Positions 15,770 to 18,059 of a DNA stretch of 18,059 nt are shown here, in pieces. Position 1 is the stretch's first letter. Each line of letters opens with the position of its first letter. The DNA is from a virus. The position numbers were made by a program, and so were the translations under genes. The notes beneath the pieces were generated by a model that was not told the origin of the DNA, did no database searches, and saw only the letters and a program-made list of their open reading frames with translations. The stretch is taken from the UHGV virus genome UHGV-0072595; one strand, given 5' to 3'.

Positions 15770-15845
15770 GCTGGTTTAGCTCCAATGGTAGAGCAGTCGC
15801 CTTGTAAGCGAATGGGTAGCGGTTCAAGTCCGTTAACCAGCACCA
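15770..15845 (+). tRNA. tRNA-Thr(UGU) gene with encoded CCA
   Basis: Manual fold: perfect 7-bp acceptor GCTGGTT/AACCAGC, D-arm GCTC-CAATGGTA-GAGC, anticodon loop CTTGTAA, T-arm AGCGG-TTCAAGT-CCGTT, discriminator A, CCA. Confidence 0.65.
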
Positions 15846-16089
15846 TAACTGAGCCGTAGCCACTGGCTATCCTGAATTCATCAGTGATAGTTACGCTGCG
15901 GCCTTCTACACATGACCTTCGTGAAAGCGGGTGGCATGAGGTTGCGCTAACAACCTCCTGCCGTTTTGCCCGTGCATATCGGTCACGAACAAATCTGATT
16001 ACTAAACACAGTAGCCTGGATTTGTTCTATCAGTAATCGACCTTATTCCTAATTAAATAGAGCAAATCCCCTCAATGAAGGGGTAGAGC

Positions 16090-16293
16090 ATGTACCGTAT
16101 GGACAAAATCAGAGAATGGTTCAGTTACAGCTTCGGAGGACTGACTGCGATGGGTGGCATTCTCTCCCTGAATGACTGGGCTGTCATCATTGGTATTCTT
16201 TGTACTGTCGGCACATTTGGCATCAACTGGTACTACAAGCGCAAAGAGCGCGAGGACAGATTGAATGGCAATGTCACCGGCACTACGAAATAG
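16090..16293 (+). CDS. S: Holin, class II/pinholin-like, with dual-start motif (M-Y-R-M) predicting antiholin and holin forms
   Basis: Track [70 protein letters not shown]; two TM segments, charged C-terminus; immediately upstream of and overlapping the endolysin gene. Confidence 0.75.
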   Translation: MYRMDKIREWFSYSFGGLTAMGGILSLNDWAVIIGILCTVGTFGINWYYKRKEREDRLNGNVTGTTK

Positions 16294-16768
16294 CGTAATA
16301 GCGGCGATAAGTGGCGGGGCTATTGCTATAGCATCTGTGTTAATCACTGGACCAAGTGGTAACGATGGCCTGGAAGGTGTCAGCTACATACCATACAAAG
16401 ATATTGTTGGTGTATGGACTGTATGCCACGGACACACCGGAAAAGACATCATGCTCGGTAAAACGTATACCAAAGCAGAATGCAAAGCCCTCCTGAATAA
16501 AGACCTTGCCACGGTCGCCAGACAAATTAACCCGTACATCAAAGTCGATATACCGGAAACAATGCGCGGCGCTCTTTACTCATTCGTTTACAACGTGGGT
16601 GCTGGCAATTTCAGAACATCGACGCTTCTTCGCAAAATAAACCAGGGCGATATCAAAGGCGCATGTGATCAGCTACGTCGCTGGACATATGCTGGCGGTA
16701 AGCAATGGAAAGGTCTCATGACTCGTCGTGAGATTGAGCGTGAAGTCTGTTTGTGGGGGAAACAATGA
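16265..16768 (+). CDS. R: SAR endolysin (T4-lysozyme-fold muramidase with N-terminal signal-arrest-release domain; phage 21 R-like)
   Basis: Track ORF; Gly/Ala-rich weakly hydrophobic N-terminus [21 protein letters not shown] followed by the lysozyme core; matches my recollection of R21. Confidence 0.85.
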   Translation: MAMSPALRNSVIAAISGGAIAIASVLITGPSGNDGLEGVSYIPYKDIVGVWTVCHGHTGKDIMLGKTYTKAECKALLNKDLATVARQINPYIKVDIPETMRGALYSFVYNVGAGNFRTSTLLRKINQGDIKGACDQLRRWTYAGGKQWKGLMTRREIEREVCLWGKQ

Positions 16769-17226
16769 GCAGAGTAACCGCGATTATCTCCGCTCTGGTT
16801 ATCTGCATCATCGTCTGCCTGTCATGGGCTGTTAATCATTACCGTGATAACGCCATTACCTACAAAGCCCAGCGCGACAAAAATGCCAGAGAACTGAAGC
16901 TGGCGAACGCGGCAATTACTGACATGCAGATGCGTCAGCGTGATGTTGCTGCGCTCGATGCAAAATACACGAAGGAGTTAGCTGATGCGAAAGCTGAAAA
17001 TGATGCTCTGCGTGATGATGTTGCCGCTGGTCGTCGTCGGTTGCACATCAAAGCAGTCTGTCAGTCAGTGCGTGAAGCCACCACCGCCTCCGGCGTGGAT
17101 AATGCAGCCTCCCCCCGACTGGCAGACACCGCTGAACGGGATTATTTCACCCTCAGAGAGAGGCTGATCACGATGCAAAAACAACTGGAAGGAACCCAGA
17201 AGTATATTAATGAGCAGTGCAGATAG
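16765..17226 (+). CDS. Rz: Rz i-spanin (153 aa)
   Basis: Track ORF 16753..17226 trimmed to ATG 16765 (ATGA overlap with endolysin stop); [49 protein letters not shown]...; lambda Rz. Confidence 0.95.
   Translation: MSRVTAIISALVICIIVCLSWAVNHYRDNAITYKAQRDKNARELKLANAAITDMQMRQRDVAALDAKYTKELADAKAENDALRDDVAAGRRRLHIKAVCQSVREATTASGVDNAASPRLADTAERDYFTLRERLITMQKQLEGTQKYINEQCR
16985..17167 (+). CDS. Rz1: Rz1 o-spanin lipoprotein embedded in the +1 frame of Rz (60 aa, proline-rich)
   Basis: Track [63 protein letters not shown]; lipobox VVGC; matches lambda Rz1. Confidence 0.9.
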   Translation: MRKLKMMLCVMMLPLVVVGCTSKQSVSQCVKPPPPPAWIMQPPPDWQTPLNGIISPSERG

Positions 17227-17257
17227 AGCTGCCCATATCGATGGGCAACTCATGCAA

Positions 17258-17551
17258 TTATTGTGAGCAATAGACACGCGCTTCCAGCGGAGTATAAATG
17301 CCTAAAGTAATAAAACCGAGCAATCCATTTACGAATGTTTGCTGGGTTTCTGTTTTAACAACATTTTCTGCGCCGCCACAAATTTTGGCTGCATCAACAG
17401 TTTTCTCCTGTCCAATTCCCGAAACGAAGAAGTGATGGGTGATGGTTTCCTTTGGTGTTACTGCTGTCGGTTTGTTTCCAACAGTAAACGTCTGTTGAGC
17501 ACATCCTGTAATAAGCATTGCCAGAGCGGCAGAAAACAACATTTTTTTCAT
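17258..17551 (-). CDS. bor: Bor outer-membrane lipoprotein (serum-resistance/Iss family, 97 aa)
   Basis: Track ORF 17258..17599 trimmed to ATG 17551 (MKKMLFSAALAMLITGCAQQ..., lipobox LITGC; AGGA SD); matches lambda Bor. Confidence 0.9.
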   Translation of the reverse strand: MKKMLFSAALAMLITGCAQQTFTVGNKPTAVTPKETITHHFFVSGIGQEKTVDAAKICGGAENVVKTETQQTFVNGLLGFITLGIYTPLEARVYCSQ

Positions 17552-17910
17552 CTTATTATCCTGCATTGTTAAAAACGGCAGAATCCTATGTGACAACAAT
17601 TAAACGATAGTTAAATGGATTGATGAAAATTAAAACTATATAGGTGGATGCTCAGCCTATTGGAGGAGGGGGGCACTCAGAATCCTGTGGAATGAAATAA
17701 ACCGCTCTTTCTGTCCATTACCCTTTTAGCTGCGCTGTATCGTCGCCGTATTCCCGCATTAACCATGACCGTAGCCCGACGGGGAATTCCTTCTGCGTGA
17801 GTGTGCGGGAATAATCAAAAACGATGCACACCGGGTTTTACTGTGCTGACAGACGCAGGGTTACCCTCATAGTCGCTTTTCCGGTGCGATGGTGGAAGAA
17901 ACCGGGATGT

Positions 17911-18045
17911 TTATTCATCATCACTTTGGATTGATGTACATGCTCTCTTTTCTGACGTTAGTCTCCGACGGCAGGCTTCAATGACCCAGGCTGAGAAATT
18001 CCCAGACCCTTTTTGCTCAAGAGCGATGTTAATTTGTTCAATCAT
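17911..18045 (-). CDS. Possible small ORF (44 aa) with a ribbon-helix-helix-like N-terminus
   Basis: Hand translation of minus strand MIEQINIALEQKGSGNFSAWVIEACRRRLTSEKRACTSIQSDDE; weak SD; below the ORF-track size cut-off. Confidence 0.25.
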   Translation of the reverse strand: MIEQINIALEQKGSGNFSAWVIEACRRRLTSEKRACTSIQSDDE

Positions 18046-18059
18046 TTGGTTAGGAAAGC

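Noticed and set aside
15846-16089. Looked for a third tRNA or Shiga-toxin-like cargo between the tRNAs and the holin
   Set aside because: No further T-loop/acceptor pattern and no ORF with an SD; only short hairpins
16072-16347. 91-aa minus-strand ORF over the holin region
   Set aside because: Antisense to the holin and endolysin start, which have strong contextual support
17065-17572. Track ORFs 17065..17277 (-) and 17339..17572 (+)
   Set aside because: Overlap or lie antisense to Rz/Rz1 and bor, which are recognised from sequence

Overview
This 18 kb window is the central part of a mosaic lambdoid (lambda-like) phage or prophage genome. All protein identifications are from reading the six-frame translations against remembered phage proteins, not from a database search; coordinates of sub-60-aa ORFs and regulatory sites were indexed by hand. 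Left to right: (1) the distal early-left (pL) operon on the minus strand: a truncated secreted-protein gene, four unrecognised coupled ORFs, ssb, erf, a kil-position ORF, a cIII-like ORF, ea10, ral, orf28 and N; (2) a lambda-type immunity region: nutL, OL/pL, tIMM, rexB, rexA, cI, OR/pRM/pR, cro, nutR; (3) a non-lambda cII and replication module: O-like initiator with an internal iteron origin and a primase-helicase fusion instead of P; (4) a nin-like region: NinB, Dam-family methyltransferase, NinE, NinX-position ORF, NinF, Roi/antirepressor-like, YbcO-like, RusA, NinH; (5) late antiterminator Q with a pR'-like promoter and terminator hairpin, two tRNA genes, and a lysis cassette (dual-start pinholin-like holin, SAR endolysin, Rz with embedded Rz1), then bor on the minus strand. 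No integrase, att site, CRISPR array, IS element or toxin cargo was seen. The best candidates for undescribed biology are the unrecognised four-gene cluster at 611-1953, the truncated secreted-protein gene at 1-312, and the small membrane-protein cluster at 11142-11853 in the ren/ninA position.
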